A stretch of DNA of 64,000 nucleotides from NCBI GenBank assembly GCA_963785305.1, contig CAWAUV010000004.1, positions 160,001 through 224,000 of the forward strand. The letters run 5' to 3'. The notes under the pieces are model-generated. The model saw only the letters and a program-made list of their open reading frames with translations, did not search any database and was not told the DNA's origin. The position numbers were made by a program, and so were the translations under genes. The stretch comes from an uncultured Planctomycetaceae bacterium. GTDB lineage: Bacteria; Planctomycetota; Planctomycetia; Pirellulales; PALSA-1355. The first letter of the stretch is position 1, and each line of letters starts with the position of its first letter. Positions 1 through 10,656 of this stretch are shown here, in pieces.

Positions 1-2444
1 CTGGCGACCGCTTTCGTTGGGTGTGCCCGGGAATGGAGTGACCGTGAGATTTCGCGCGTGAATCGCAGACCATTGCAGCGCTGGGCGACTTTGTATTCAG
101 CCCGAATGATTTTGTTTTCGGCGCCGTTTTCGCCCGATTCGATGGCGCGGAGCCGCAACTCGATCGTGAAGCGGTCGTCGCGAATCGAAACCACGACCGG
201 CCGATGCTCGGCAAACACGATCTTCCACGGCCGCGACGGCTCGGGCGGATTTTTGGCCGCGTCGCCGATTGGGCGTTCCGGTTTCGGTTCGCCCGCAGCG
301 CGCGGCTTCACATCGCCGCCGTCGGCGGCTTCGGGGCAATCGTCGTTTTCGTCGGACTCGGCCGCGGCGGTGGGCAAATGGAGCGCGTCGATCTGGGCTT
401 TCGTGATCGTGGCGCCGGCGAGCATCGCCTCGGCCCAATTGTTGATGGCCGATTCGTGCAACCGCACCTTCAACGCCGAGCCGGCTTCGACCGCCGGCGG
501 GGCCGTCGTGGCGGCAAGTTCCGCGGGACGAGCCTCGACCGCCGAAATCGACAACCAGTCGGCGGTGGTTTGCATTGCCAGCGGCTGCGGAAATGCCCGA
601 CGCACAAGCAGCGGGTTTCTAAGCCGGGTCAGATAGTCGTCGTTGGCGCGACCGATCGTGCGGGCAAGCTCGGCGTCGAGCCGGGCGCTGGCCCGGGCGG
701 CGGCGTGTCGCGACGAAGCTTGCTCGGCCTGGGGTTTCGATTCGGCCACTTTACGCGAGGCGATCCGCTGAACGAGTCCCAACGCTGAATTGGTCGCCAC
801 GCCATTGATGCGCGTCGAGGTGGTCGCGTTCACTGTCGGCTTTCGCCATCGCACTCCCAGCGCATCAAACTCGATAATCGCCTCGCCGCGAAGTTCGGTG
901 AGACCCGTGGCATAGATCGTCGCCGGTCCATTGACGCCCACGGTGCTCGAGGAAGTGGTCGCGCTGAGTTGGGTCAAAAACAACGCCTGACGCGTGTCGG
1001 GCACAAAGGTCAGCCGCACATCGCCGGCTGTAAGGCCCCGACCGCGCACATTGGTTCCGAGAATGTTCTCGTTGATCGCGATCGGCTCATTGTCGAGTCG
1101 CCGGGCCACGCCGATGGCGGCCAGCGGCCGCGCGATTTCGATCTGGAAATTGGGCCGCGTTTCAAGCGGCCGAAGGGCAAGCCGCGCGGGATAGGCCTGA
1201 TGATTGTCGACCAGCCAGCCCAGGCGCGCGTCGACCGCGGCGGCGCCTTCGGTCGTGGGCGACGCCAGATATTTGGTCAGGTCGTCGGCCAGACCATCGA
1301 GCGCTTGTTCGAAATCGACCCGGAGCCGGGTGTAGTCGGGCGGCGAGCCGGCGAGCTGGCAGTAATGGTCGAGCGCCGCGGCAAGCGGTTTGCCGCGACT
1401 CGAATTCACGCCTTCGACCTCGGCAAGCGGCGCCGCGAACCCGGCGGCGAGCTCGCGAAGGAGCTTCACGTCGGGCATTGGCGCGGCGAGCGTTTGCTTG
1501 AGCGAATCGAACTTTAGCCGCTTGAACATTTCGGGCCCGCGTGTTTCGCGCTCGGCATAGCGCTCGAAGCGGGCGACTTCGACCTCGACCGCCTGCTTGT
1601 CATTGGCCAGGGCCTGCTCGCGATTGTCGAGCCGCTGGGCAGCGCGCGTTTCGCGGTAGCGGCGCAGGGCGTTCGACACATTCCGATACCAAGGTTTTTC
1701 CAGGCCGCGTTTCTGGGCCAGAAACTCGCTTTTGGCGTCGAAGCGGTCTTCGATCGCCTGGAGCGCCTCGAGGCTAGGTTCCTGGGCGACAACGAGCGTC
1801 TTGAGCGCCGGCAGGTCGAGTTCGCTTGCCGACACTCCATCGGGCCCGGCGGTTCCCGGGGCGGTTTTAGAGAATCTCGCTTCGAGCAGCCCGAGCGCCG
1901 CGGCCAAGGCTTGGCGATCTCGCTCGACTGCCGCCGAGTCGACGGAGAACAAAAAGCCGCCGGGCAGCGGTGCAAACGGCATGAATTTGCTCGGCTTGCG
2001 AATGGTCCGACGCCATGAGCTTGGCTGCCCACCAGGGCGCCACGCGATCCGACACATGAGCGAACAGCGGAGCGTCGAGCCCGGCGGCTCCGCTTTGGAA
2101 TCGCACCCAGGTGTCGGCCGCGGCGTCGGGCGTCGCGTCGGCCGAGTGTTTGGCGGCCTGCTCCAGAGCTTTGAGCCCGAGAAAGTCTCGCCAGCGGGCG
2201 CCGTTCGCTCCCGGGCCGAGCCAGCGATTCAGTTCGTCGATCGCGCACTCAAGCTCGGCGGATCGCTGGATGAGCAGATCACTTTGGCTCGACGACGACG
2301 GCTTCGGCTCGGCCGCCATCGACGGCGCGATGGTCGTGGTCAGGGCGGCGCCAGCGCCGGGAGTAGGATCGCGGCCCAGATTACGAAAAATCCATTTTGA
2401 CGAACATCGTCGAGGCGTGGGGAAACATGTCCGCGAATTTTCAT
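1..2444 (-). CDS. Large secreted/membrane-anchored hypothetical protein, partial (runs off left edge), several frameshifts
   Basis: ATG at 2444 (MKIRGH...FFVIWAAILLPALAP, signal-like) continues by frameshift into ORF 1867..2319 (AIDELNRWLGPGANGARWRDFLGL). Protein-like minus-strand translation continues further (e.g. TRINGVATNSALGLVQRIASRKVAESKPQAEQ near 720-815) to the window edge. Confidence 0.6.
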
Positions 2445-2947
2445 GATATTTCCGTTTTCGTTGAAAAACGCGTGGGGTGAGACGCCGCGATTGTCGCCGC
2501 GAAGCGAACGGAGGCGGTGGCCTCTAACTCCATGCTGAGCATTCGGTTGGATGCAGCCCGAGGCCAGGGAACGCAGTCCCGCGAAACTCCGAGCCGGGAG
2601 GGCCACCGCGAAGCGCCGGCATCAAATATTTTCATCCATGCTACCCAAATCGCGTCGCTGCGGGAATCGACAAAATTTCCCCCGCTTTCCGCCGCGGCAA
2701 TTCGGGTGATTGCATTCCGAGGCTCGGTGGCGCAGGATGGGCGGCTCGCAAACCCGGCTCTTGACGGCGCCACCACCCGGTCGACGACCCGAGGCCGACA
2801 AACCACAAGGTTTTTTCTGGGAGCTGCGGCGCCTTTGCCGCCTTCCCGGGTGTTTGCGTTTTCACGATCGCTTTGCCCTTGGGGGCCGAGCGAGCCGGCC
2901 CGAGGCGGTCCGGCGCCGTTTTTTGTAACCAGGAGGGAAAGGTTTCC

Positions 2948-3835
2948 ATGAAATTTCGCAGTCTTATTGTCTTGGGTCTCATGGGCTGGTTGGGAATGTC
3001 GACCCCGGCGCGAGCCGACGAACAATCCAAGCCGGCGCCGGTTCCCGAACTGAACTGGCACACCGACTATAGCGAAGCGATGCGCGAGGCGAAGGACGAG
3101 AAAAAGATGCTATTCGTCTTTTTCCACGACAAAGCACAAACCGCTGCCCGCCGGGGGTTTGAAGAAGGCGTGCTCCGCGACGCCCGGATCGTCGAAAAAC
3201 TAAGCCGCTACACCGTGGCCACGCTGCCGACCGACGCGGCGATTGTGGTGCAAGGCCGCTCGACGCCGCTCCTCAAACACGCCGCTTTCGCCGAGATGCT
3301 CGGCCGCCAGGGAGTGGCCATCGTCGATCTGCGGCACGAAAACGCCGATTACTATGGCCGGGTCGTCAGCACGTTTCCTTTCACGTCAGGCAAGCTTTAC
3401 ACGATTCCCGCCATGGAGATCGTGTTGGATCTGCCGCCGGGAACCCTGACGCAGCGCACGATGATCTTCGCCGTGCGGCGGCATCCCGAGGCCCCCAAGA
3501 GCACCGAGGGCGGCATGAGCCCGCTGCTGCTCCATGAAGCAAGCCTACAGTCGGACCATCAGGCCGCGATTCTCTTGCAGGGGCATCATTCCTGGGACAG
3601 CAGGTTCCAACGAATCAGCTCCCAGCTTCCGGGGGGGCTCAACGCGCAGGAAGTCGTCGCCGAGAGCTGGCCGAATGAGAATCTGGTCGAGGCATGTATC
3701 GATTGCGTGGACAGTTGGCGCCAATCGCCCGGCCACTGGGGCGCGGTTCGATCGTGGCACCCCCTGTTTGGCTATGACATCAAACGTGGCCGAAATGGCA
3801 TTTGGTACGCCACGGGCCTTTTTGGCCGCCGCTAG
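2948..3835 (+). CDS. Secreted protein: thioredoxin-like domain (no CxxC) plus C-terminal CAP/SCP-like domain
   Basis: AGGAGG before ATG 2948 and signal peptide MKFRSLIVLGLMGWLG. WHTDYSEAMREAKDEKKMLFVFF is thioredoxin_7-like; EVVAESW...SWRQSPGHW...GIWYATGLFG is CAP-like. Confidence 0.75.
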   Translation: MKFRSLIVLGLMGWLGMSTPARADEQSKPAPVPELNWHTDYSEAMREAKDEKKMLFVFFHDKAQTAARRGFEEGVLRDARIVEKLSRYTVATLPTDAAIVVQGRSTPLLKHAAFAEMLGRQGVAIVDLRHENADYYGRVVSTFPFTSGKLYTIPAMEIVLDLPPGTLTQRTMIFAVRRHPEAPKSTEGGMSPLLLHEASLQSDHQAAILLQGHHSWDSRFQRISSQLPGGLNAQEVVAESWPNENLVEACIDCVDSWRQSPGHWGAVRSWHPLFGYDIKRGRNGIWYATGLFGRR

Positions 3836-3888
3836 AAAATCCGGCCGATTCGCCAAAGGGTTGGTTTTCCTCTGGCGGCGTGGGGCGG

Positions 3889-3894
3889 TATACT
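3889..3894 (+). promoter_or_regulatory. Putative sigma70 -10 element (TATACT) for an intergenic transcript
   Basis: TATACT just upstream of a structured region that ends in a terminator; no convincing -35. Confidence 0.35.
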
Positions 3895-3899
3895 AAACG

Positions 3900-4055
3900 C
3901 GTTCGTTAACGTCTCGCCCAAGGCGAGCGTCCGTGTTCTCCACGACGATCGTCTGAAGCCAGACCGCTTTCATGTTCGTGGAATTACGTTTGCCAGCGCC
4001 CGGCTCCCGCCGGCGATGAGCCTTTTCGGGCCAGTCGCCGCGCGGGGGCCTTTTT
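3900..4055 (+). ncRNA. Candidate small structured RNA between convergent genes
   Basis: Nested stems AACGT/ACGTT, CTCGCC-caa-GGCGAG, CCACGA/TCGTGG and GTCTG-aagc-CAGAC, followed by a terminator hairpin and T5. Confidence 0.4.
4002..4055 (+). terminator. Rho-independent terminator
   Basis: GGCTCCCGC-CGGCGA...TCGCCG-c-GCGGGGGCC followed by TTTTT. Confidence 0.7.
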
Positions 4056-4064
4056 ATTGCGCCT

Positions 4065-4112
4065 TCGATTTAATGCGCCGTCGATTTAATGCGCCGTCGA
4101 TTTAATGCGCCG
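4065..4112. repeat. Perfect 16-bp tandem repeat x3 (TCGATTTAATGCGCCG)
   Basis: Copies at 4065-4080, 4081-4096 and 4097-4112, with a degenerate copy just upstream. Confidence 0.95.
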
Positions 4113-4220
4113 CCGAGGGCCGCGTCGAGCGCGTCCAAGATGAGCGCTCCCGAGATAAACGGCGCCGTGCGCGCGACGGATGATCGCCCCCGGCAACCGG
4201 CCCGCGCCGAGCGCGAAGGC

Positions 4221-4856
4221 TCACTTGAGGTCGACCGACCAGTAGGCGTTGTCCAAGAACGTCTTCCAGCTTTCGTACTTCGGATTGCCCAGCTTGATAG
4301 CCATGAGCGGGCTGCGCTTTGGCTTCACGGGCGGACGCACCAAGTGCATGTGGGCCTCGTGTGGAGTTCGACCGCCCTTGCGGACATTGCAGGCCACGCA
4401 AGCGCAGACGATATTCTCCCAGCACGTTTTCCCCTCGCGGCTTCGGGGAATTACGTGGTCGAGGCTCAGTTCGCTGGTCGGAAAGCTTTTGCCGCAATAT
4501 TGGCAGCGGTTTCCGTCGCGTGCGAACACGTTGCGACGATTGAACCGCACCGACTGCCGCGGCACGCGGTCGAACTTCAACAGCCGAATCACCCGCGGCA
4601 CGCGGATTTCGAAATTGACCGAGCGAATCCAGTCGTCGTGCGGCGCTTTGAAAGCGGCTTGCAGCTCGCTGATTTCGCGCCACGAATGAAAACTGTAGTT
4701 GGCGTATTGGCCTTCCTCGAAGTGAATCACTTCGGCCAATTCACGACAAAGCAGTCCAAAAGCGCGGCGCACGTTGATCACATGCACCGCCATGTAGAAG
4801 CGGTTGAGCACCAAGACGCTCGAGCCGAGCGGGGCTGCCACGGCCGCAAACGACAT
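4221..4856 (-). CDS. HNH endonuclease (HNH_5/McrA-like)
   Basis: VLVLNRFY N-terminus; RDGNRCQYCG...LDHVIPRSREG...WENIVCACVACNVRKG; GGAGGA RBS. Confidence 0.92.
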   Translation of the reverse strand: MSFAAVAAPLGSSVLVLNRFYMAVHVINVRRAFGLLCRELAEVIHFEEGQYANYSFHSWREISELQAAFKAPHDDWIRSVNFEIRVPRVIRLLKFDRVPRQSVRFNRRNVFARDGNRCQYCGKSFPTSELSLDHVIPRSREGKTCWENIVCACVACNVRKGGRTPHEAHMHLVRPPVKPKRSPLMAIKLGNPKYESWKTFLDNAYWSVDLK

Positions 4857-5237
4857 AGAAATCCTCCTCCGACGAGCATTCGACGCGATCGATCATTCGC
4901 TTGCCGCAACTCACTCGCGGCGCCAGGATGCAAAAGCCCCTGGGCCGCCTGGGGGATTGCGACTCATTCTAACGACCTTGCAGTTGCAAGACCAGCCGCC
5001 CCCACCTGATGTTCGCCGCGATTTTCTACTCCCGATCGCGCAAGTCCCGCACGATCGGGTCAATGCTCCGCCCGTGCCTCGTCGGATCGTCATCGATTAA
5101 AAACACGGCCCAAACAAAAAAAGAACCGCCGAATCTCTTGCTCCCACGCTCGGGTGCGCATTAGGATGAAAGCCTGTCGATCCATGAGAGCCGCCGCGAC
5201 GACGCGCGGCCATTTTTGTTACTTCGGGGGCAAACCG

Positions 5238-5543
5238 ATGATTCATCATTCCTGCGATTGTTGCAAACGGGTGCTCCAATCCGACGATCTGCGTTATGTC
5301 GTGAAGATGGAAGTCTACGCGGCGTTCGACGCCCAGCTTTCCAGCGACTCGGACGACGATCGCGATCACTTGCAAGAAATCCAAGAGATTCTGCAATCGG
5401 CCGACGACGCCGCGGACCCGCAAATCGGCAGCGATGTGTACGAACAACTCCGGTTCGACCTCTGCGCGGATTGCCGCAAGAAGTTCATCAAGCATCCGCT
5501 GCCCCGCGAACTCTCGAAACAGTTCGAGTTCAGCAAGAACTAG
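5238..5543 (+). CDS. Small putative Zn-binding hypothetical protein
   Basis: MIHHSCDCCKR...FDLCADCRKKF: two Cys clusters flanking an acidic segment. Confidence 0.75.
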   Translation: MIHHSCDCCKRVLQSDDLRYVVKMEVYAAFDAQLSSDSDDDRDHLQEIQEILQSADDAADPQIGSDVYEQLRFDLCADCRKKFIKHPLPRELSKQFEFSKN

Positions 5544-5856
5544 GCGGCGGGCCCCGGATTGCACTGCGGTACACTTGGCTCGGGCGATCCGCGGCGACAA
5601 CCGGCGCCCGGACATCGCGGGTCGGTAGGTTCGTGTTGCCGCACGCATGCGGACTATCCATCGCCGGGCGATTGCCTACCCCGGCGACGCGGCGGCCAAG
5701 CGATATGCCCCAGACGCATCGTAATCGGCCCCCGGACGCTTAAGATCGATCGCGCTGGGCCGTCGCTTTCCGATTTCCCCATGGGGCGCGCCAGGTCGGC
5801 GGCGTTTGGTTTCCGGCGCCCCATTCAACGACATGACCTCCATCGAAGGATAACGC

Positions 5857-6927
5857 GTGAGCAGTAAGAATCTCAAGATCGCCGTGCTTGGCGGCGATGG
5901 GACCGGACCAGAAGTGGCCGCCGAAGGCCTTAAAGTGCTCGAGGCCGTGGCCAAGAGCGAAAAATTCACCTACGAGTTGACCCACTTCGACTTCGGCGGC
6001 GACCGCTATCTGCGCACCGGCGAAGTGTTGCCCGAAGGCTCCGTCGACGCGCTCCGCAAGTTCGACGCCATCTACCTTGGCGCCGTGGGACATCCCGACG
6101 TGGCGCCCGGCATCCTCGAAAAGGGCCTCTTGCTCGAGCTCCGCTTTCAGCTCGACCAATACATCAATCTCCGCCCGGTGAAGCTGTTTCCGGGCGTCGA
6201 GACTCCGCTCCGCGATCGCGGGCCCGACGACATCGACTTCGTGATCGTGCGCGAGAACACGGAAGACCTGTACTGCGGCGTGGGCGGCTTCCTCAAGAAG
6301 AACACTCCCGACGAGGTCGCCACCCAGACCGCGATCTATACCCGCAAAGGCTGCGAGCGCTGCATTCGCTGGGCATTCGAATACACCCGCAAGCGCAATA
6401 GCCCCAAGAAAATGCTCACCCTGGTGGCCAAGACGAATGTGCTCACCTATGGCCACAGCCTCTGGATGCGCGCCTTCGAAGACGTGGCCCGGGAATATCC
6501 TGATATCAAGGCCGACTACAACCATGTCGACGCTTGCTGCATGTGGATGGTCAAGAACCCGGACTACTACGATGTGATCGTCACCACGAACATGTTCGGC
6601 GACATCATCACCGACCTGGCCGCCGTGCTCCAGGGCGGGCTCGGAGTGGCGGCTGGCGGAAATATCAATCCGGATCCGGGCGGCGTGAGCATGTTCGAGC
6701 CCATGGGCGGCAGCGCCCCGAAATATACCGGCCTGAACGTCATCAACCCGATCGCGGCGATCAACGCGATGTCGATGCTGCTCGACCATGCCGGCCAGCC
6801 TCGCGCCGCCCTGCGGATTCAAAACGCGATTCAAAAAGTCACCGGAACCAAGATGAAAAGCCAGGCCGCGGGCAAGATGGGATTTTCGACCCAGCAGGTG
6901 GGCGATCTTGTGGTCGACGCATTGTAG
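5857..6927 (+). CDS. leuB: 3-isopropylmalate dehydrogenase
   Basis: [53 protein letters not shown] motifs. Confidence 0.88.
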   Translation: MSSKNLKIAVLGGDGTGPEVAAEGLKVLEAVAKSEKFTYELTHFDFGGDRYLRTGEVLPEGSVDALRKFDAIYLGAVGHPDVAPGILEKGLLLELRFQLDQYINLRPVKLFPGVETPLRDRGPDDIDFVIVRENTEDLYCGVGGFLKKNTPDEVATQTAIYTRKGCERCIRWAFEYTRKRNSPKKMLTLVAKTNVLTYGHSLWMRAFEDVAREYPDIKADYNHVDACCMWMVKNPDYYDVIVTTNMFGDIITDLAAVLQGGLGVAAGGNINPDPGGVSMFEPMGGSAPKYTGLNVINPIAAINAMSMLLDHAGQPRAALRIQNAIQKVTGTKMKSQAAGKMGFSTQQVGDLVVDAL

Positions 6928-7001
6928 AAATCTCGCCGGTTCGAAGTTTTCGCGCCGACCGCGACGCGCTGCGACCGGTTCTCGAAAAACGAAGGTCGCT
7001 C

Positions 7002-7829
7002 GTGCTCCATCTGGCTGGTCATATCGATGAGGCGGTGGCCGCGATTCGCGCCCGCTGGCGGGCGACGCCCCGCGTCGGGCTGATTCTCGGCACCGGTATT
7101 GGAAGTTTGGTCGACGAGATCGAGGTCGAGGCCACGTTCGAATACGACGCGATCCCCCACTTTGTGCGCTCGACCGCCCACGGCCACGCCGGCCGGCTCG
7201 TGTGCGGGCGTCTCGGCGGCGCCACGGTCGTGGCCATGGAAGGCCGCTTTCATGCCTACGAGGGCTATTCCCTCCAGCAAATCACGCTGCCGGTGCGGGT
7301 GATGAAGGCCCTGGGCATCGAGCTCCTGATCGTGACCAACGCCGCCGGCGGAATGAATCCGCAATTTGCCCTCGGCGACATCATGGTGATCGAGGATCAC
7401 ATCAACCTGATGGGCGCCAACCCGTTGGTGGGCATCAACGACGATCGGCTCGGGCCGCGCTTTCCTGATATGTGCCGCCCCTATGACCCAGACATGATGG
7501 CCCGCGCGCTCGAACTCGGCCGCTTGCAAAACACGCCGATGCATAAGGGCGTGTTCGTGGCGGTGATGGGGCCCAATCTCGAAACACGGGCCGAGTATCG
7601 CTTCTTGCGCCTGATCGGGGCCGACGCCGTGGGCATGTCCACCGTGCCTGAAGCCCTCGTGGCGGTGCATGCCGGGCTGCGCGTGCTGGGTTTTTCGATC
7701 ATTACCGATATGTGCTTGCCCGATGCCCTGCGGCCGGCCAATATCGAAGAAATCATCGCCACGGCCCATCGCACGGAGCCTCGGTTGCGGGCAATCGTGG
7801 CCGAGATCGTGGGCGAACAACGCGGCTGA
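7002..7829 (+). CDS. punA: Purine-nucleoside phosphorylase (trimeric type)
   Basis: [47 protein letters not shown] start at 7002. Confidence 0.9.
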   Translation: MLHLAGHIDEAVAAIRARWRATPRVGLILGTGIGSLVDEIEVEATFEYDAIPHFVRSTAHGHAGRLVCGRLGGATVVAMEGRFHAYEGYSLQQITLPVRVMKALGIELLIVTNAAGGMNPQFALGDIMVIEDHINLMGANPLVGINDDRLGPRFPDMCRPYDPDMMARALELGRLQNTPMHKGVFVAVMGPNLETRAEYRFLRLIGADAVGMSTVPEALVAVHAGLRVLGFSIITDMCLPDALRPANIEEIIATAHRTEPRLRAIVAEIVGEQRG

Positions 7830-7891
7830 GCGTGGCGGCGCGCCGCGTGAGCTTCCACAAACTGGCGCCTAGCCCGAGGACGACCCCCACG

Positions 7892-8662
7892 ATGGCCTTT
7901 CCGCTTTTCGATCTCACCGGCCGGGTGGCCCTGGTCACCGGTAGCAGCCGCGGGTTGGGCAAGGCCATGGCCCGGGGCTTCGCCGAATCGGGAGCGAGCG
8001 TGGTGCTGCATGGCCGCGATTCCGCCGCCCTGGCCAAGACGGCGGACGAAATCCGGGACTCGACCGGGGCGAAGGTCGCTTCTCTCGAGGCCGATCTCTC
8101 GGACCGCGCGGCGCTGGCCCGGCTGGCAAGCCAAGCGACCGAGGCTTTTGGTCAGGTGGACATCCTGGTCAACAACGCGGGCACGAACAACCCTCAGCCG
8201 ATCGACGCGATTCGCATCGAGGACTGGGACGCGCTGGTCGAACTGAACCTTACCAGTTGCATGCTGCTCGCGCGGGCCTTGGCGCCGGGAATGCGGGCTC
8301 GCCGCTGGGGAAGGATCATCCATATTTCGTCGATCATGGCGCTGGCGTCGAAAGAGGGGCGAAATGCTTATTCGGCCACGAAAGCGGGACTCGTGGGCAT
8401 GACGATGGCCAGTGCCCAAGACCTGGGGGCCGATGGCGTGACGGTCAACTGCCTTGCGCCCGGCCCGTTCTTGACCGACCTCACGCAAGGCATGCTAAGC
8501 GACGCGCAGAAGGCCCAATTCGCCTCGCGCACGGCGCTGGGCCGCTGGGGCAACCCGCGAGAATTGGTCGGCCCGGCAATCCTGCTGGCCAGCGACGCCG
8601 GCAGCTACATCACCGGCAGCGTGCTGGTAGTCGATGGCGGAACGCTGATCACGACCTTTTGA
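7892..8662 (+). CDS. SDR family oxidoreductase (gluconate 5-dehydrogenase-like)
   Basis: TGSSRGLG, NNAG, YSATK. Confidence 0.92.
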   Translation: MAFPLFDLTGRVALVTGSSRGLGKAMARGFAESGASVVLHGRDSAALAKTADEIRDSTGAKVASLEADLSDRAALARLASQATEAFGQVDILVNNAGTNNPQPIDAIRIEDWDALVELNLTSCMLLARALAPGMRARRWGRIIHISSIMALASKEGRNAYSATKAGLVGMTMASAQDLGADGVTVNCLAPGPFLTDLTQGMLSDAQKAQFASRTALGRWGNPRELVGPAILLASDAGSYITGSVLVVDGGTLITTF

Positions 8663-8931
8663 TGAGCGGGCACGCCCGCCACCCGCCGAGTCGACCGCGC
8701 TCGTTCGCCGGGCTCGAAAGTCGCCGCGAACGGACGACCGCGGGCCGCATGGCGCTGGCGCGTGCATAAGGTCCCGCGCGGCGGTATATTCGGATTTGAT
8801 CGCATCGCGCCGCGCCGCGGGCCCGACCGCGGGCGATTCCTTGGCGGAGGATCGTGTCGCTCCACCGGACCCGATGCGATTTCGTCGCCCTTTCACAATC
8901 TCCCTCTCCACGCTTCGCGACTTCCCGAAAA

Positions 8932-10656
8932 ATGATTCTCGGCATCGATCTTGGCACAACCAATTCCGTCGCGGCCTACATGACCGAAGATGGACCGCGG
9001 CTGGTCCGTAACGCGTTTGGCGAAACTCTCACGCCGTCGATCGTCGGCGTCGATCTCGACGGCGCCACCGTCATCGGCCGCGTGGCCAGGGAATTGCAAG
9101 TCAAACATCCCGACCGCTGCGCCTCCTTGTTCAAGCGGCACATGGGCTCCGAGTTCGAAGCCAAATTGGCCGGGAAGCCCTTTACGCCCGAAACTCTGTC
9201 GAGTCTCGTGTTGCGATCGCTCAAGCAAGACGCCGAGGCCGAGACCGGGCAGCCGCTGACCGACGCCGTGATCACGGTGCCGGCGTATTTCAACGAGCCG
9301 CAGCGTCAGGCCACGCTTGCCGCGGGCCGCATCGCCGGCTTGAATGTGCGCCGAATCCTCAACGAGCCGACCGCCGCGGCCATGGCGTATGGTCTGCGCG
9401 GCGAGCAAAACGATAAAGTCGTGGCGGTGATCGACCTGGGCGGCGGCACCTTCGATGTGTCCATCGTCGAGCAGTTCGAGGGGGCTTTGGAAGTGCGGGC
9501 CTCGGCGGGCGAGTGCTTTCTCGGCGGCGAGGATTTTACCCGCGCCCTGGCGTCGCGAGCGCTCGAGACCCAGGGGCTGCTGTTCGAACGCGTCGAACTC
9601 GAGAAGCCGCTGCTGCTGGCGAGACTGATTCAGCAGTGCGAAATGGCCAAGCGCGAGTTGACCCGCCAGGGACAAGCAACGATTCGCATTCCCAATGCCC
9701 GGGGCGACCTCGACGAAAACTCGCCGGTGGTGACACTCACGCGGGAACTCTTCGAAACCGCGACCCAGGCGATTCTCGCGCGGATCGAATTGCCGATCCG
9801 GCGGGCCCTGGGCGATGCGCGGCTCAATCGCGGCGACCTCAGCGAGGTGTTGCTCGTGGGCGGGGCGACGCGCATGCCGCAGGTCGTGGCGAGAGTGGCG
9901 CAGTTGTTCGGCCAGACGCCCAAGTGCCGCTTCAATCCCGACGAAGTCGTGGCCCTGGGCGCCGCCGTGCAGGCCGGTTTGATCGAAAACGCCAAGGCCG
10001 TTTCCGACTTGGTCGTGACCGACGTTTGCCCCTTCACGTTGGGCATCGAAATCTCGAAAAAATTCGACTTGGAATATCACGATGGCTACTTCATGCCGAT
10101 CATCCATCGCAATACGACGATCCCGGTCAGCCGCGTGGAGCGGGTGAATACCATCGCCCCCAACCAAGTCCGCATCGCGCTGAAGGTGTATCAAGGCGAG
10201 CGCCGGCGCACCAAGGAAAACGTGTTGCTCGGCGAATTCGAGGCGAACATGCCACCGGGCCCGCCAGGCCAGGAACTCGATGTGCGGTTTACCTACGACT
10301 TGAACGGCGTGCTGGAAGTCGAGGCCACGGTGGTGGAAACCGGCGTGGCGGCGCGGCATGTGATTACGCGCCATGCCCGTCGGATGACCGAGGCCCAGTT
10401 GACCCAGGCTCTCGAGGCGATGGCGTCGCTCAAGACGCATCCGCGCGAGGAATCGGTCAACCGGCTGACACTGCGCCGCGCGGAGCGGATCTATCAAGAG
10501 TTGCCGCCGATCGAGCGCCAACGGCTCGGTTTGCTGCTCGATGGCTTCGAGACCGCCTTGGCCCAGGGCGACAAGGCGTTGATCGATCTGCACCGCGAAA
10601 ACTTGATCGCGATGCTGGACGAATTCGAACGGACGGGCGATGAAGAACTCCCCTAA
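8932..10656 (+). CDS. hscC: Hsp70-family chaperone, HscC (Hsc62)-like
   Basis: [57 protein letters not shown] and LKTHPRE C-terminus resemble HscC rather than DnaK. Confidence 0.85.
   Translation: MILGIDLGTTNSVAAYMTEDGPRLVRNAFGETLTPSIVGVDLDGATVIGRVARELQVKHPDRCASLFKRHMGSEFEAKLAGKPFTPETLSSLVLRSLKQDAEAETGQPLTDAVITVPAYFNEPQRQATLAAGRIAGLNVRRILNEPTAAAMAYGLRGEQNDKVVAVIDLGGGTFDVSIVEQFEGALEVRASAGECFLGGEDFTRALASRALETQGLLFERVELEKPLLLARLIQQCEMAKRELTRQGQATIRIPNARGDLDENSPVVTLTRELFETATQAILARIELPIRRALGDARLNRGDLSEVLLVGGATRMPQVVARVAQLFGQTPKCRFNPDEVVALGAAVQAGLIENAKAVSDLVVTDVCPFTLGIEISKKFDLEYHDGYFMPIIHRNTTIPVSRVERVNTIAPNQVRIALKVYQGERRRTKENVLLGEFEANMPPGPPGQELDVRFTYDLNGVLEVEATVVETGVAARHVITRHARRMTEAQLTQALEAMASLKTHPREESVNRLTLRRAERIYQELPPIERQRLGLLLDGFETALAQGDKALIDLHRENLIAMLDEFERTGDEELP

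Noticed and set aside
3949..3958. Neisseria-like DNA uptake sequence (CGTCTGAA)
   Set aside because: Only about two imperfect occurrences noticed in 64 kb, far too sparse for an uptake sequence.
4065..4112. CRISPR mini-array next to an HNH nuclease
   Set aside because: The repeats are 16 bp and contiguous with no spacers, and there are no cas genes.
4221..4856. IscB/HEARO (OMEGA) nuclease
   Set aside because: Only 211 aa, with no PLMP motif or split RuvC; it looks like a stand-alone HNH_5 protein.
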